DNA of 64,000 bases from Felis catus (lineage: Eukaryota). Of this stretch, positions 61,880-64,000 are shown in pieces. The stretch spans positions 138,448,001 through 138,512,000 of the forward strand of contig NC_058368.1 in NCBI RefSeq assembly GCF_018350175.1, given 5' to 3'. The translations under genes and the position numbers were made by a program. The first letter of the stretch is position 1; each line of letters opens with the position of its first letter. The notes beneath the pieces are model-generated. The model was given only the letters and a program-made list of their open reading frames with translations, had not been told where the DNA came from and did no database searches.

Positions 61880-62050
61880 AACTGGACCAGTATGAGCTTG
61901 GGCTTTTTAGTCCCTTGCCTGCCCTCACTGCTATGTGACGACCGGGTACAAAGCATCCCATAACTTTCCAGCCCTCATTCCCACATCTATACAACGCAGG
62001 ATCAGATCGGAACGATCTCAACGTTCCCTTCCAATGCAAACACTCTGTGG
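61880..62050 (+). mobile_element. MIR3/MIRc-like relic
   Basis: cctcattcccacatctatacaa...gatctcaacgttcccttcca...actctgtg. Confidence 0.5.
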
Positions 62051-62889
62051 CTAACGCTTTTGGAGAGAAGAGATGGCCCCTTCTGATGACCCTAAGAGCT
62101 TCTTAAATGAGAAGAGAATTTTCTTCCTTATAATTAAACAACATGGTGCAAGTTTTGACCCATCAGCAAGTGACAGTAGAGTCCCATTCTGGGCATCTTT
62201 CGATCCTGAGGAAGTGCAAGGCAAGCAAGGAGAGAGTATCTCGACTGCGTCAGGGTTGAGCATCCCGTCATGGGTCCATCCCGACCCTCTTGTCTTTATC
62301 CAGATGCTGTGGGTGGTGCTGCTTCCTGCAGAGCTTCCTGGCAGCTGTTGCTCTTGGAACCTTATGTCTGATGGTTGCCAAAGACAGCTCACGACACGGC
62401 TGCCTGGCCTGGCGTTCAGCTTGAAGAGCTCTTTTCAGCAAAGGTCTCTCTGCATTCTCCTCTCAGGCAAATCTACAGCTGGCGTAGGTAGCCTCTAGCT
62501 GCAGTATAATCACCCAACTGTTCTCCAAAAATGTCGGGGGCTCGGTTCCTCCCTCCTTAGCACAGATGCACACACCCTGACAATGGTTGTCTCTCAGAGC
62601 CACTTGTAATGTGCCATTGTTTCTCTCAAATACATCTATGAGGGAGAAGCCCCGGAAAGTGATTTGTCAGCTTGGGTCTCTTGTCCCAGATGCTGCTTTT
62701 CCGGTGTTCTGAGTTTCTGAGGGAGAAGTCGCTAGGTAATTCCAACAGAGGTTTTACAGCCTGGTCTTTATCCCCCATGGCCCCTCCAAAGGAAGATGCT
62801 GGCCTCTCGACAGCCAGCAATCCCGTAAGCCAAATACTTGGCTCTTTGGACTGGAAATAACAGTTTCTGATGGGAAAAGGGAACGAGGA

Positions 62890-63065
62890 TGGTAATAGTT
62901 GTAAGAATACTATTGTTTGAGCATCTTATGCGTCAGTCATGCCTATCATTGTCACCATCGTAGAGATGAGCGAACTAGAGACGTGGAGAACTGCCTTGGT
63001 CGTGACCGCAAAGCTCTTAGGTGGCCAAACTGGAATTTAAATTAGGGTGAGTCTAGCTCAAAGGC
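62890..63065 (-). mobile_element. MIR SINE relic
   Basis: tattgtttgagcatcttatgcgtcag...agatgagcgaactagagac...ggaatttaaa. Confidence 0.5.
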
Positions 63066-63349
63066 CAGGAGGTAAGGTACCAATGCTGGGGGCTGATGCT
63101 TACCGCGCAGACAGCCTCTGCAGCCCAGAGAGACAATGCAGAATCCTGCTTTACAGATAGTTGCCGTCCTCATACCGGATATGTGGGTATGCCCTGCCGT
63201 GTTTGTTCATACATACTTCCCTCTGGAAGTACTTCTCAAGCTCCTATTTGAGGTAGTTTGAAGTGTGGTAAACCCTGCCCAGTGCCGGAGAAGGAAAAGT
63301 CACCTGCCAATGAAGCTGCTGGTCTAACACTATAGAAAGGGCTCCTCCA

Positions 63350-63582
63350 GGGGCGCCTGGGTGGCGCAGTCGGTTAAGCGTCCGACTTCAGCCAGGTCAC
63401 GATCTCGCGGTCCGTGAGTTCGAGCCCCGCGTCGGGCTCTGGGCTGATGGCTCAGAGCCTGGAGCCTGTTTCCGATTCTGTGTCTCCCTCTCTCTCTGCC
63501 CCTCGCCCGTTCATGCTCTGTCTCTCTCTGTCCCAAAAATAAATAAATGTTGAAAAAAAATTTAAAAAAAAAAAAAAAAAAA
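63350..63582 (+). mobile_element. Can-SINE, young subfamily, full length
   Basis: Long A tail; perfect 16 bp TSD agaaagggctcctcca at 63334-63349 and 63583-63598. Confidence 0.97.
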
Positions 63583-63759
63583 AGAAAGGGCTCCTCCATT
63601 ATCCAAAATGACCCCCACAACCAGCAGCAGAAAGAAACCTACAGGGTTAGGGCCAAGTGCCCCATAGAAGGATTAACCAGTGTTTCTTGGACCTCCTCGG
63701 GTCCAGCCTCTGCTTTCTCAGTTTAATATTTTTCCCTAGGCCTTCATAGTTTTCTTCAC

Positions 63760-64000
63760 ATAACTTTTTATTGAAATAAAAAAATATATATGCCAACGTA
63801 CACGTATCCTAAGTATGCAACTTGAAGGCTCTTTGTTGTTGTCGTTAACAAACCGAACATTCTTGTCCTAGTCAGGATCCAGCCTGAGAACGGAACTTTA
63901 GTAGCACCCGAAACCCCTGTTTGTTCCCTATTCGCGGAGACTTCTGTCACCGTAAATCAGCCTTGGTTGGTTTGTACTTTTTGTGAGCACGCTGTGGGTG
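63760..64000 (-). mobile_element. Old LINE-1 3' end, running off the window
   Basis: aactttttattgaaata...acgtatcctaagtatgcaact...gacttctgtcaccgtaaatcag. Confidence 0.55.

Noticed and set aside
63249..63310. let-7-like start tgaggtagt (also at ~45870)
   Set aside because: Only a 9 nt match with no complementary arm to form a precursor hairpin; expected by chance.
63350..63430. tRNA-like A-box and B-box sequence at SINE heads
   Set aside because: Part of tRNA-derived SINEs followed by a CT tract and A tail; not tRNA genes.
6237..63620. Recurrent ORFs such as MAQSVERPTSAQVM... and ...RETEHERGRGRER... (6237, 12564, 14296, 15673, 16694, 18345, 33808, 41930, 58699, 63330)
   Set aside because: They are translations of Can-SINE bodies, not a gene family.

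Overview
This is mammalian, almost certainly felid (cat-family), non-coding genomic DNA, either intergenic or deep intronic. It carries over 20 tRNA-derived carnivore SINEs (Can-SINE/SINEC_Fc type, five of a young near-identical subfamily), young and old LINE-1 pieces, MaLR/ERVL solo LTRs, hAT and Tigger-like DNA transposon fossils, MIR/L2 relics and microsatellites. I found no supportable protein-coding gene, RNA gene, CpG island or CRISPR array. The only protein-like ORFs are disrupted L1 ORF2 segments. I see no evidence for a novel multi-gene system. The most interesting signals are footprints of transposition and DNA repair: (1) an internal L1 ORF2 segment with its own A-rich tail and target-site duplication (TSD); (2) a short L1 3' transduction; (3) a ~60 bp locally templated insertion copied from ~2.1 kb away; (4) a Tigger-like element with intact ends and a transposase C-terminal remnant; (5) several atypical SINE junctions; (6) a MER20 copy with an apparent AT-to-GC bias. 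Repeat subfamily names come from my recall of consensus sequences, not from a database search, and boundaries of old repeats are approximate.
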